From Eledone cirrhosa (lineage: Eukaryota): a stretch of DNA of 64,000 nucleotides. The notes below the pieces were generated by a model. It ran no database searches. It had not been told where the DNA came from and saw only the letters and a list, made by a program, of their open reading frames with translations. Below are positions 26,401-40,000 of this stretch, piece by piece. Location of the stretch: NCBI GenBank assembly GCA_964016885.1, contig OZ024758.1, positions 33,976,001 to 34,040,000 of the forward strand, in the 5' to 3' direction. The stretch's first letter is position 1. Every line of letters begins with the position of its first letter. The position numbers were made by a program, and so were the translations under genes.

Positions 26401-27200
26401 GGAACTCCAATGTTGGTGAGAATTCATTTAAGTCATGGTACTAGCTGTCAGAAGTAACTCCACTGTTGGTGAGAATTCATTTAAGTTCATGGTATTAGCT
26501 GTCAGAAGGAACGCCACTGTTGGTGAGAATTCATTTAAGTTCATGGTATTAGCTGTCAGAAGTAACTCCACTGTTGGTGAGAATTCATTTAAGTTCATGG
26601 TACTAGCTGTCAGAAGTAACTCAAATGTTGGTGAGAATTCATTTAAGTTCATGGTATTAGCTGTCAGAAGGAACTCCACTGTTGGTGAGAATTCATTTAA
26701 GTTCATGGTATTAGCTGTCAGAAGTAACTCCACTGTTGGTGAGAATTCATTTAAGTTCATGGTACTAGCTGTCAGAAGTAACTCCAATGTTGGTGAGAAT
26801 TCATTTAAGTTCATGGTATTAGCTGTCAGAAGTAACTCCACTGTTGGTGAGAATTCATTTAAGTTCATGGTACTAGCTGTCAGAAGTCACTCCACTGTTG
26901 GTGAGAATTCATTTAAGTCATGGTATTAGTTGTCAGAAGTAACTCCAATGTTGGTGAGAATTCATTTAAGTTCATGGTACTAGCTGTCAGAAGTAACTCC
27001 ACTGTTGGTGAGAATTCATTTAAGTTCATGGTATTAGCTGTCAGAAGTAACTCCACTGTTGGTGAGAATTCATTTAAGTCATGGTATTAGCTGTCAGAAG
27101 CAACTCCATTGTTGGTGAGAATTCATTTAAGTCATGATACTAGCTGTCAGAAGTAACTCCACTGTTGGTGAGAATTCATTTAAGTTCATGGTACTAGCTG
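23470..27200. repeat. Further related copy of the 12-23 kb unit (offsets 7268 and 4255 bp)
   Basis: ORFs 17066/24334 and 17443/24711 differ by 7268. ORFs 20779/25034, 21479/25734, 22180/26435 and 22879/27134 differ by 4255. Shared GGAGCGCC, GTCAAAAGG and AAGTCCAT markers. Confidence 0.88.
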
Positions 27201-28374
27201 TCAGAAGTAACTCCACTGTTGGTGAGAATTCATTTAAGTTCATGGTACTAGCTGTCAGAAGTAACTCCACTGTTGGTGAGAATTCATTTAAGTTCATGGT
27301 ACTAGCTGTCAGAAGTAACTCCACTGTTGGTGAGAATTCATTTAAGTTCATGGTACTAGCTGTCAGAAGTAACTCCAATGTTGGTGAGAATTCATTTAAG
27401 TTCATGGTATTAGCTGTCAGAAGTAACTCCACTGTTGGTGAGAATTCATTTAGGTTCATGGTACTAGCTGTCAGAAGTAACTCCACTGTTGGTGAGAATT
27501 CATTTAAGTTCATGGTATTAGCTGTCAGAAGTCACTCCAATGTTGGTGAGAATTCATTTAAGTTCATGGTATTAGCTGTCAGAAGTCACTCCACTGTTGG
27601 TGAGAATTCATTTAAGTTCATGGTACTAGCTGTCAGAAGTAACTCCAATGTTGGTGAGAATTCATTTAAGTTCATGGTACTAGCTGTCAGAAGTAACTCC
27701 ACTGTTGGTGAGAATTCATTTAAGTTCATGGTATTAGCTGTCAGAAGTAACTCCACTGTTGGTGAGAATTCATTTAAGTTCATGGTATTAGCTGTCAGAA
27801 GTAACTCCACTGTTGGTGAGAATTCATTTAAGTTCATGGTACTAGCTGTCAGAAGTAACTCCACTGTTGGTGAGAATTCATTTAAGTTCATGGTATTAGT
27901 TTGTCAGAAGTAACTCCACTGTTGGTGAGAATTCATTTAAGTCATGGTATTAGCTGTCAGAAGTAACTCCACTGTTGGTGAGAATTCATTTAAGTTCATG
28001 GTATTAGCTGTCAGAAGTAACTCCACTGTTGGTGAGAATTCATTTAAGTCATGGTATTAGCTGTCAGAAGTAACTCCATTGTTGGTGAGAATTCATTTAA
28101 GTTATGGTACTAGCTGTCAGAAGTAACTCCCCTGTTGGTGAGAATTCATTTAAGTTCATGGTACTAGCTGTCAGAAGTAACTCCACTGTTGGTGAGAATT
28201 CATTTAAGTTCATGGTACTAGCTGTCAGAAGTAACTCCACTGTTGGTGAGAATTCATTTAAGTTCATGGTACTAGCTGTCAGAAGTAATGCCACTGTTGG
28301 TGAGAATTCATTTAAGTTCATGGTATTAGTTTGTCAGAAGTAACTCCACTGTTGGTGAGAATTCATTTAAGTCA

Positions 28375-30900
28375 TGGTATTAGTTGTCAGAAGTAACTCC
28401 AATGTTGGTGAGAATTCATTTAAGTCATGGTACTAGCTGTCAGAAGTAACTCCACTGTTGGTGAGAATTCATTTAAGTTCATGGTATTAGCTGTCAGAAG
28501 GAACGCCACTGTTGGTGAGAATTCATTTAAGTTCATGGTATTAGCTGTCAGAAGTAACTCCACTGTTGGTGAGAATTCATTTAAGTTCATGGTACTAGCT
28601 GTTAGAAGTAACTCCAATGTTGGTGAGAATTCATTTAAGTTCATGGTATTAGCTGTCAGAAGTAACTCCACTGTTGGTGAGAATTCATTTAAGTTCATGG
28701 TACTAGCTGTCAGAAGTAACTCCACTGTTGGTGAGAATTCATTTAAGTTCATGGTACTAGCTGTCAGAAGTAACTCCACTGTTGGTGAGAATTCATTTAA
28801 GTTCATGGTACTAGCTGTCAGAAGTAACTCCACTGTTGGTGAGAATTCATTTAAGTCATGGTATTAGTTGTCAGAAGTAACTCCAATGTTGGTGAGAATT
28901 CATTTAAGTTCATGGTACTAGCTGTCAGAAGTAACTCCACTGTTGGTGAGAATTCATTTAAGTTCATGGTATTAGCTGTCAGAAGTAACTCCACTGTTGG
29001 TGAGAATTCATTTAAGTCATGGTATTAGCTGTCAGAAGCAACTCCATTGTTGGTGAGAATTCATTTAAGTCATGGTACTAGCTGTCAGAAGTAACTCCAC
29101 TGTTGGTGAGAATTCATTTAAGTTCATGGTACTAGCTGTCAGAAGTAACTCCACTGTTGGTGAGAATTCATTTAAGTTCATGGTACTAGCTGTCAGAAGT
29201 AACTCCACTGTTGGTGAGAATTCATTTAAGTTCATGGTACTAGCTGTCAGAAGTAACTCCACTGTTGGAGAGAATTCATTTAAGTTCATGGTACTAGCTG
29301 TCAGAAGTAACTCCAATGTTGGTGAGAATTCATTTAAGTTCATGGTATTAGCTGTCAGAAGTAACTCCACTGTTGGTGAGAATTCATTTAGGTTCATGGT
29401 ACTAGCTGTCAGAAGTAACTCCACTGTTGGTGAGAATTCATTTAAGTTCATGGTATTAGCTGTCAGAAGTCACTCCAATGTTGGTGAGAATTCATTTAAG
29501 TTCATGGTATTAGCTGTCAGAAGTCACTCCACTGTTGGTGAGAATTCATTTAAGTTCATGGTACTAGCTGTCAGAAGTAACCCCAATGTTGGAGAGAATT
29601 CATTTAAGTTCATGGTATTAGCTGTCAGAAGTCACTCCAATGTTGGTGAGAATTCATTTAAGTCATGGTATTAGTTGTCAGAAGTAACACCAATGTTGGT
29701 GAGAATTCATTTAAGTCATGGTACTAGCTGTCAGAAGTAACTCCACTGTTGGTGAGAATTCATTTAAGTTCATGGTATTAGCTGTCAGAAGGAACGCCAC
29801 TGTTGGTGAGAATTCATTTAAGTTCATGGTATTAGCTGTCAGAAGTAACTCCACTGTTGGTGAGAATTCATTTAAGTTCATGGTACTAGCTGTTAGAAGT
29901 AACTCCAATGTTGGTGAGAATTCATTTAAGTTCATGGTATTAGCTGTCAGAAGTAACTCCACTGTTGGTGAGAATTCATTTAAGTTCATGGTACTAGCTG
30001 TCAGAAGTAACTCCACTGTTGGTGAGAATTCATTTAAGTTCATGGTACTAGCTGTCAGAAGTAACTCCACTGTTGGTGAGAATTCATTTAAGTTCATGGT
30101 ACTAGCTGTCAGAAGTAACTCCACTGTTGGTGAGAATTCATTTAAGTCATGGTATTAGTTGTCAGAAGTAACTCCAATGTTGGTGAGAATTCATTTAAGT
30201 TCATGGTACTAGCTGTCAGAAGTAACTCCACTGTTGGTGAGAATTCATTTAAGTTCATGGTATTAGCTGTCAGAAGTAACTCCACTGTTGGTGAGAATTC
30301 ATTTAAGTCATGGTATTAGCTGTCAGAAGCAACTCCATTGTTGGTGAGAATTCATTTAAGTCATGGTACTAGCTGTCAGAAGTAACTCCACTGTTGGTGA
30401 GAATTCATTTAAGTTCATGGTACTAGCTGTCAGAAGTAACTCCACTGTTGGTGAGAATTCATTTAAGTTCATGGTACTAGCTGTCAGAAGTAACTCCACT
30501 GTTGGTGAGAATTCATTTAAGTTCATGGTACTAGCTGTCAGAAGTAACTCCACTGTTGGTGAGAATTCATTTAAGTTCATGGTACTAGCTGTCAGAAGTA
30601 ACTCCAATGTTGGTGAGAATTCATTTAAGTTCATGGTATTAGCTGTCAGAAGTAACTCCACTGTTGGTGAGAATTCATTTAGGTTCATGGTACTAGCTGT
30701 CAGAAGTAACTCCACTGTTGGTGAGAATTCATTTAAGTTCATGGTATTAGCTGTCAGAAGTCACTCCAATGTTGGTGAGAATTCATTTAAGTTCATGGTA
30801 TTAGCTGTCAGAAGTCACTCCACTGTTGGTGAGAATTCATTTAAGTTCATGGTACTAGCTGTCAGAAGTAACCCCAATGTTGGAGAGAATTCATTTAAGT
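28375..30900. repeat. 1291-bp (24-monomer) tandem duplication
   Basis: ORFs 28427/29718 and 29072/30363 differ by 1291. Shared GCTGTTAG, AGCAACTCCATT and TTTAGGTT markers. Confidence 0.88.
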
Positions 30901-33900
30901 TCATGGTATTAGCTGTCAGAAGTCACTCCAATGTTGGTGAGAATTCATTTAAGTTCATGGTATTAGCTGTCAGAAGTAACTCCACTGTTGGTGAGAATTC
31001 ATTTAAGTTCATGGTATTAGCTGTCAGAAGTAACTCCACTGTTGGTGAGAATTCATTTAAGTTCATGGTATTAGCTGTCAGAAGTAACTCCACTGTTGGT
31101 GAGAATTCATTTAAGTTCATGGTATTAGCTGTCAGAAGGAACTCCAATGTTGGTGAGAATTCATTTAAGTCATGGTACTAGCTGTCAGAAGTAACTCCAC
31201 TGTTGGTGAGAATTCATTTAAGTTCATGGTATTAGCTGTCAGAAGTAACTCCACTGTTGGTGAGAATTCATTTAAGTTCATGGTACTAGCTGTCAGAAGT
31301 AACTCCAATGTTGGTGAGAATTCATTTAAGTTCATGGTACTAGCTGTCAGAAGTAACTCCACTGTTGGTGAGAATTCATTTAAGTTCATGGTATTAGCTG
31401 TCAGAAGTAACTCCACTGTTGGTGAGAATTCATTTAAGTTCATGGTATTAGCTGTCAGAAGTAACTCCACTGTTGGTGAGAATTCATTTAAGTTCATGGT
31501 ACTAGCTGTCAGAAGTAACTCCACTGTTGGTGAGAATTCATTTAAGTTCATGGTATTAGTTTGTCAGAAGTAACTCCACTGTTGGTGAGAATTCATTTAA
31601 GTCATGGTATTAGCTGTCAGAAGTAACTCCACTGTTGGTGAGAATTCATTTAAGTTCATGGTATTAGCTGTCAGAAGTAACTCCACTGTTGGTGAGAATT
31701 CATTTAAGTCATGGTATTAGCTGTCAGAAGTAACTCCATTGTTGGTGAGAATTCATTTAAGTCATGGTACTAGCTGTCAGAAGTAACTCCCCTGTTGGTG
31801 AGAATTCATTTAAGTTCATGGTACTAGCTGTCAGAAGTAACTCCACTGTTGGTGAGAATTCATTTAAGTTCATGGTACTAGCTGTCAGAAGTAACTCCAC
31901 TGTTGGTGAGAATTCATTTAAGTTCATGGTACTAGCTGTCAGAAGCAATGCCACTGTTGGTGAGAATTCATTTAAGTTCATGGTATTAGTTTGTCAGAAG
32001 TAACTCCACTGTTGGTGAGAATTCATTTAAGTCATGGTATTAGTTGTCAGAAGTAACTCCAATGTTGGTGAGAATTCATTTAAGTCATGGTACTAGCTGT
32101 CAGAAGTAACTCCACTGTTGGTGAGAATTCATTTAAGTTCATGGTATTAGCTGTCAGAAGGAACGCCACTGTTGGTGAGAATTCATTTAAGTTCATGGTA
32201 TTAGCTGTCAGAAGTAACTCCACTGTTGGTGAGAATTCATTTAAGTTCATGGTACTAGCTGTTAGAAGTAACTCCAATGTTGGTGAGAATTCATTTAAGT
32301 TCATGGTATTAGCTGTCAGAAGTAACTCCACTGTTGGTGAGAATTCATTTAAGTTCATGGTACTAGCTGTCAGAAGTAACTCCACTGTTGGTGAGAATTC
32401 ATTTAAGTTCATGGTACTAGCTGTCAGAAGTAACTCCACTGTTGGTGAGAATTCATTTAAGTTCATGGTACTAGCTGTCAGAAGTAACTCCAATGTTGGT
32501 GAGAATTCATTTAAGTTCATGGTATTAGCTGTCAGAAGTAACTCCACTGTTGGTGAGAATTCATTTAAGTTCATGGTACTAACTGTCAGAAGTAACTCCA
32601 CTGTTGGTGAGAATTCATTTAAGTTCATGGTATTAGCTGTCAGAAGTCACTCCAATGTAGGTGAGAATTCATTTAAGTTCATGGTATTAGCTGTCAGAAG
32701 TCACTCCACTGTTGGTGAGAATTCATTTAAGTTCATGGTATTAGCTGTCAGAAGTAACTCCACTGTTGGTGAGAATTCATTAAGTTCATGGTACTAGTTG
32801 TCAGAAGTAACTCCACTGTTGGTAAGAATTCATTTTAGTTCATGGTATTAGTTGTCAGAAGTAACTCCACTGTTGGTGAGAATTCATTTAAGTCATGGTA
32901 TTAGTTGTCAGAAGTAACTCCAATGTTGGTGAGAATTCATTTAAGTTCATGGTACTAGCTGTCAGAAGTAACTCCACTGTTGGTGAGAATTCATTTAAGT
33001 TCATGGTATTAGCTGTCAGAAGTAACTCCACTGTTGGTGAGAATTCATTTAAGTCATGGTATTAGCTGTCAGAAGTAACTCCATTGTTGGTGAGAATTCA
33101 TTTAAGTCATGGTACTAGCTGTCAGAAGTAACTCCACTGTTGGTGAGAATTCATTTAAGTTCATGGTATTAGCTGTCAGAAGGAACGCCACTGTTGGTGA
33201 GAATTCATTTAAGTTCATGGTATTAGCTGTCAGAAGTAACTCCACTGTTGGTGAGAATTCATTTAAGTTCATGGTACTAGCTGTCAGAAGTAACTCCACT
33301 GTTGGTGAGAATTCATTTAAGTTCATGGTATTAGCTGTCAGAAGTAACTCCACTGTTGGTGAGAATTCATTTAAGTTCATGGTACTAGCTGTCAGAAGTA
33401 ACTCCACTGTTGGTGAGAATTCATTTAAGTTCATGGTATTAGCTGTCAGAAGGAACGCCACTGTTGGTGAGAATTCATTTAAGTTCATGGTATTAGCTGT
33501 CAGAAGTAACTCCACTGTTGGTGAGAATTCATTTAAGTTCATGGTACTAGCTGTTAGAAGTAACTCCAATGTTGGTGAGAATTCATTTAAGTTCATGGTA
33601 TTAGCTGTCAGAAGTAACTCCACTGTTGGTGAGAATTCATTTAAGTTCATGGTACTAGCTGTCAGAAGTAACTCCACTGTTGGTGAGAATTCATTTAAGT
33701 TCATGGTACTAGCTGTCAGAAGTAACTCCACTGTTGGTGAGAATTCATTTAAGTTCATGGTACTAGCTGTCAGAAGTAACTCCACTGTTGGTGAGAATTC
33801 ATTTAAGTCATGGTATTAGTTGTCAGAAGTAACTCCAATGTTGGTGAGAATTCATTTAAGTTCATGGTACTAGCTGTCAGAAGTAACTCCACTGTTGGTG

Positions 33901-36900
33901 AGAATTCATTTAAGTTCATGGTATTAGCTGTCAGAAGTAACTCCACTGTTGGTGAGAATTCATTTAAGTCATGGTATTAGCTGTCAGAAGCAACTCCATT
34001 GTTGGTGAGAATTCATTTAAGTCATGGTACTAGCTGTCAGAAGTAACTCCACTGTTGGTGAGAATTCATTTAAGTTCATGGTACTAGCTGTCAGAAGTAA
34101 CTCCACTGTTGGTGAGAATTCATTTAAGTTCATGGTACTAGCTGTCAGAAGTAACTCCACTGTTGGTGAGAATTCATTTAAGTTCATGGTACTAGCTGTC
34201 AGAAGTAACTCCACTGTTGGTGAGAATTCATTTAAGTTCATGGTACTAGCTGTCAGAAGTAACTCCAATGTTGGTGAGAATTCATTTAAGTTCATGGTAT
34301 TAGCTGTCAGAAGTAACTCCACTGTTGGTGAGAATTCATTTAGGTTCATGGTACTAGCTGTCAGAAGTAACTCCACTGTTGGTGAGAATTCATTTAAGTT
34401 CATGGTATTAGCTGTCAGAAGTCACTCCAATGTTGGTGAGAATTCATTTAAGTTCATGGTATTAGCTGTCAGAAGTCACTCCACTGTTGGTGAGAATTCA
34501 TTTAAGTTCATGGTACTAGCTGTCAGAAGTAACCCCAATGTTGGAGAGAATTCATTTAAGTTCATGGTATTAGCTGTCAGAAGTCACTCCAATGTTGGTG
34601 AGAATTCATTTAAGTTCATGGTATTAGCTGTCAGAAGTAACTCCACTGTTGGTGAGAATTCATTTAAGTTCATGGTATTAGCTGTCAGAAGTAACTCCAC
34701 TGTTGGTGAGAATTCATTTAAGTTCATGGTATTAGCTGTCAGAAGTAACTCCACTGTTGGTGAGAATTCATTTAAGTTCATGGTATTAGCTGTCAGAAGG
34801 AACTCCAATGTTGGTGAGAATTCATTTAAGTCATGGTACTAGCTGTCAGAAGTAACTCCACTGTTGGTGAGAATTCATTTAAGTTCATGGTATTAGCTGT
34901 CAGAAGTAACTCCACTGTTGGTGAGAATTCATTTAAGTTCATGGTACTAGCTGTCAGAAGTAACTCCAATGTTGGTGAGAATTCATTTAAGTTCATGGTA
35001 CTAGCTGTCAGAAGTAACTCCACTGTTGGTGAGAATTCATTTAAGTTCATGGTATTAGCTGTCAGAAGTAACTCCACTGTTGGTGAGAATTCATTTAAGT
35101 TCATGGTATTAGCTGTCAGAAGTAACTCCACTGTTGGTGAGAATTCATTTAAGTTCATGGTACTAGCTGTCAGAAGTAACTCCACTGTTGGTGAGAATTC
35201 ATTTAAGTTCATGGTATTAGTTTGTCAGAAGTAACTCCACTGTTGGTGAGAATTCATTTAAGTCATGGTATTAGCTGTCAGAAGTAACTCCACTGTTGGT
35301 GAGAATTCATTTAAGTTCATGGTATTAGCTGTCAGAAGTAACTCCACTGTTGGTGAGAATTCATTTAAGTCATGGTATTAGCTGTCAGAAGTAACTCCAT
35401 TGTTGGTGAGAATTCATTTAAGTCATGGTACTAGCTGTCAGAAGTAACTCCCCTGTTGGTGAGAATTCATTTAAGTTCATGGTACTAGCTGTCAGAAGTA
35501 ACTCCACTGTTGGTGAGAATTCATTTAAGTTCATGGTACTAGCTGTCAGAAGTAACTCCACTGTTGGTGAGAATTCATTTAAGTTCATGGTACTAGCTGT
35601 CAGAAGCAATGCCACTGTTGGTGAGAATTCATTTAAGTTCATGGTATTAGTTTGTCAGAAGTAACTCCACTGTTGGTGAGAATTCATTTAAGTCATGGTA
35701 TTAGTTGTCAGAAGTAACTCCAATGTTGGTGAGAATTCATTTAAGTCATGGTACTAGCTGTCAGAAGTAACTCCACTGTTGGTGAGAATTCATTTAAGTT
35801 CATGGTATTAGCTGTCAGAAGGAACGCCACTGTTGGTGAGAATTCATTTAAGTTCATGGTATTAGCTGTCAGAAGTAACTCCACTGTTGGTGAGAATTCA
35901 TTTAAGTTCATGGTACTAGCTGTTAGAAGTAACTCCAATGTTGGTGAGAATTCATTTAAGTTCATGGTATTAGCTGTCAGAAGTAACTCCACTGTTGGTG
36001 AGAATTCATTTAAGTTCATGGTACTAGCTGTCAGAAGTAACTCCACTGTTGGTGAGAATTCATTTAAGTTCATGGTACTAGCTGTCAGAAGTAACTCCAC
36101 TGTTGGTGAGAATTCATTTAAGTTCATGGTACTAGCTGTCAGAAGTAACTCCAATGTTGGTGAGAATTCATTTAAGTTCATGGTATTAGCTGTCAGAAGT
36201 AACTCCACTGTTGGTGAGAATTCATTTAAGTTCATGGTACTAACTGTCAGAAGTAACTCCACTGTTGGTGAGAATTCATTTAAGTTCATGGTATTAGCTG
36301 TCAGAAGTCACTCCAATGTAGGTGAGAATTCATTTAAGTTCATGGTATTAGCTGTCAGAAGTCACTCCACTGTTGGTGAGAATTCATTTAAGTTCATGGT
36401 ATTAGCTGTCAGAAGTAACTCCACTGTTGGTGAGAATTCATTAAGTTCATGGTACTAGTTGTCAGAAGTAACTCCACTGTTGGTAAGAATTCATTTTAGT
36501 TCATGGTATTAGTTGTCAGAAGTAACTCCACTGTTGGTGAGAATTCATTTAAGTCATGGTATTAGTTGTCAGAAGTAACTCCAATGTTGGTGAGAATTCA
36601 TTTAAGTTCATGGTACTAGCTGTCAGAAGTAACTCCACTGTTGGTGAGAATTCATTTAAGTTCATGGTATTAGCTGTCAGAAGTAACTCCACTGTTGGTG
36701 AGAATTCATTTAAGTCATGGTATTAGCTGTCAGAAGTAACTCCATTGTTGGTGAGAATTCATTTAAGTCATGGTACTAGCTGTCAGAAGTAACTCCACTG
36801 TTGGTGAGAATTCATTTAAGTTCATGGTATTAGCTGTCAGAAGGAACGCCACTGTTGGTGAGAATTCATTTAAGTTCATGGTATTAGCTGTCAGAAGTAA

Positions 36901-37039
36901 CTCCACTGTTGGTGAGAATTCATTTAAGTTCATGGTACTAGCTGTCAGAAGTAACTCCACTGTTGGTGAGAATTCATTTAAGTTCATGGTATTAGCTGTC
37001 AGAAGTAACTCCACTGTTGGTGAGAATTCATTTAAGTTC
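29718..37039. repeat. 3661-bp (68-monomer) tandem duplication
   Basis: ORFs 30363/34024, 31172/34833, 31764/35425, 32087/35748 and 33109/36770 differ by 3661. Rare AGCAATGCC and CTAACTGTC variants occur once in each copy. Confidence 0.93.
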
Positions 37040-40000
37040 ATGGTACTAGCTGTCAGAAGTAACTCCACTGTTGGTGAGAATTCATTTAAGTTCATGGTAC
37101 TAGCTGTCAGAAGTAACTCCACTGTTGGTGAGAATTCATTTAAGTTCATGGTACTAGCTGTCAGAAGTAACTCCAATGTTGGTGAGAATTCATTTAAGTT
37201 CATGGTATTAGCTGTCAGAAGTAACTCCACTGTTGGTGAGAATTCATTTAAGTTCATGGTACTAGCTGTCAGAAGTAACTCCACTGTTGGTGAGAATTCA
37301 TTTAAGTTCATGGTATTAGCTGTCAGAAGTAACGCCACTGTTGGTGAGAATTCATTTAAGTTCATGGTATTAGCTGTCAGAAGTAACTCCAATGTTGGTG
37401 AGAATTCATTTAAGTCATGGTACTAGCTGTCAGAAGTAACTCCACTGTTGGTTAGAATTCATTTAAGTTCATGGTATTAGCTGTCAGAAGGAACTCCACT
37501 GTTGGTGAGAATTCATTTAAGTTCATGGTATTAGCTGTCAGAAGTAACTCCACTGTTGGTGAGAATTCATTTAAGTTCATGGTACTAGTTGTCAGAAGTA
37601 ACTCCACTGTTGGTAAGAATTCATTTTAGTTCATGGTATTAGTTGTCAGAAGTAACTCCACTGTTGGTGAGAATTCATTTAAGTCATGGTATTAGTTGTC
37701 AGAAGTAACTCCAATGTTGGTGAGAATTCATTTAAGTTCATGGTACTAGCTGTCAGAAGTAACTCCACTGTTGGTGAGAATTCATTTAAGTTCATGGTAT
37801 TAGCTGTCAGAAGTAACTCCACTGTTGGTGAGAATTCATTTAAGTTCATGGTATTAGCTGTCAGAAGTAACTCCACTGTTGGTGAGAATTCATTTAAGTT
37901 CATGGTACTAGCTGTCAGAAGTAACTCCACTGTTGGTGAGAATTCATTTAAGTTCATGGTATTAGTTTGTCAGAAGTAACTCCACTGTTGGTGAGAATTC
38001 ATTTAAGTCATGGTATTAGCTGTCAGAAGTAACTCCACTGTTGGTGAGAATTCATTTAAGTTCATGGTATTAGCTGTCAGAAGTAACTCCACTGTTGGTG
38101 AGAATTCATTTCAGTCATGGTATTAGCTGTCAGAAGTAACTCCATTGTTGGTGAGAATTCATTTAAGTCATGGTACTAGCTGTCAGAAGTAACTCCCCTG
38201 TTGGTGAGAATTCATTTTAGTTCATGGTATTAGTTGTCAGAAGTAACTCCACTGTTGGTGAGAATTCATTTAAGTCATGGTATTAGTTGTCAGAAGTAAC
38301 TCCAATGTTGGTGAGAATTCATTTAAGTTCATGGTACTAGCTGTCAGAAGTAACTCCACTGTTGGTGAGAATTCATTTAAGTTCATGGTATTAGCTGTCA
38401 GAAGTAACTCCACTGTTGGTGAGAATTCATTTAAGTCATGGTATTAGCTGTCAGAAGTAACTCCATTGTTGGTGAGCATTCATTTAAGTCATGGTACTAG
38501 CTGTCAGAAGTAACTCCACTGTTGGTGAGAATTCATTTAAGTTCATGGTATTAGCTGTCAGAAGGAACGCCACTGTTGGTGAGAATTCATTTAAGTTCAT
38601 GGTATTAGCTGTCAGAAGTAACTCCACTGTTGGTGAGAATTCATTTAAGTTCATGGTACTAGCTGTCAGAAGTAACTCCACTGTTGGTGAGAATTCATTT
38701 AAGTTCATGGTATTAGCTGTCAGAAGTAACTCCACTGTTGGTGAGAATTCATTTAAGTTCATGGTACTAGCTGTCAGAAGTAACTCCACTGTTGGTGAGA
38801 ATTCATTTAAGTTCATGGTACTAGCTGTCAGAAGTAACTCCACTGTTGGTGAGAATTCATTTAAGTTCATGGTACTAGCTGTCAGAAGTAACTCCAATGT
38901 TGGTGAGAATTCATTTAAGTTCATGGTATTAGCTGTCAGAAGTAACTCCATTGTTGGTGAGAATTCATTTAAGTTCATGGTACTAGCTGTCAGAAGTAAC
39001 TCCACTGTTGGTGAGAATTCATTTAAGTTCATGGTATTAGCTGTCAGAAGTCACTCCAATGTAGGTGAGAATTCATTTAAGTTCATGGTATTAGCTGTCA
39101 GAAGTCACTCCACTGTTGGTGAGAATTCATTTAAGTTCATGGTATTAGCTGTCAGAAGTAACTCCACTGTTGGTGAGAATTCATTAAGTTCATGGTACTA
39201 GTTGTCAGAAGTAACTCCACTGTTGGTAAGAATTCATTTTAGTTCATGGTATTAGTTGTCAGAAGTAACTCCACTGTTGGTGAGAATTCATTTAAGTCAT
39301 GGTATTAGTTGTCAGAAGTAACTCCAATGTTGGTGAGAATTCATTTAAGTTCATGGTACTAGCTGTCAGAAGTAACTCCACTGTTGGTGAGAATTCATTT
39401 AAGTTCATGGTATTAGCTGTCAGAAGTAACTCCACTGTTGGTGAGAATTCATTTAAGTCATGGTATTAGCTGTCAGAAGTAACTCCATTGTTGGTGAGAA
39501 TTCATTTAAGTCATGGTACTAGCTGTCAGAAGTAACTCCACTGTTGGTGAGAATTCATTTAAGTTCATGGTATTAGCTGTCAGAAGGAACGCCACTGTTG
39601 GTGAGAATTCATTTAAGTTCATGGTATTAGCTGTCAGAAGTAACTCCACTGTTGGTGAGAATTCATTTAAGTTCATGGTACTAGCTGTCAGAAGTAACTC
39701 CACTGTTGGTGAGAATTCATTTAAGTTCATGGTATTAGCTGTCAGAAGTAACTCCACTGTTGGTGAGAATTCATTTAAGTTCATGGTACTAGCTGTCAGA
39801 AGTAACTCCACTGTTGGTGAGAATTCATTTAAGTTCATGGTACTAGCTGTCAGAAGTAACTCCACTGTTGGTGAGAATTCATTTAAGTTCATGGTACTAG
39901 CTGTCAGAAGTAACTCCAATGTTGGTGAGAATTCATTTAAGTTCATGGTATTAGCTGTCAGAAGTAACTCCACTGTTGGTGAGAATTCATTTAAGTTCAT

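Noticed and set aside
33102-33785. Minus-strand peptide NLNEFSPTV resembling the cadherin DxN(D/E)xxPxF linker motif
   Set aside because: It lacks the first Asp and usually the Phe. It recurs every 18 aa rather than per ~110-aa domain, with no other cadherin motifs, so it is most likely chance.
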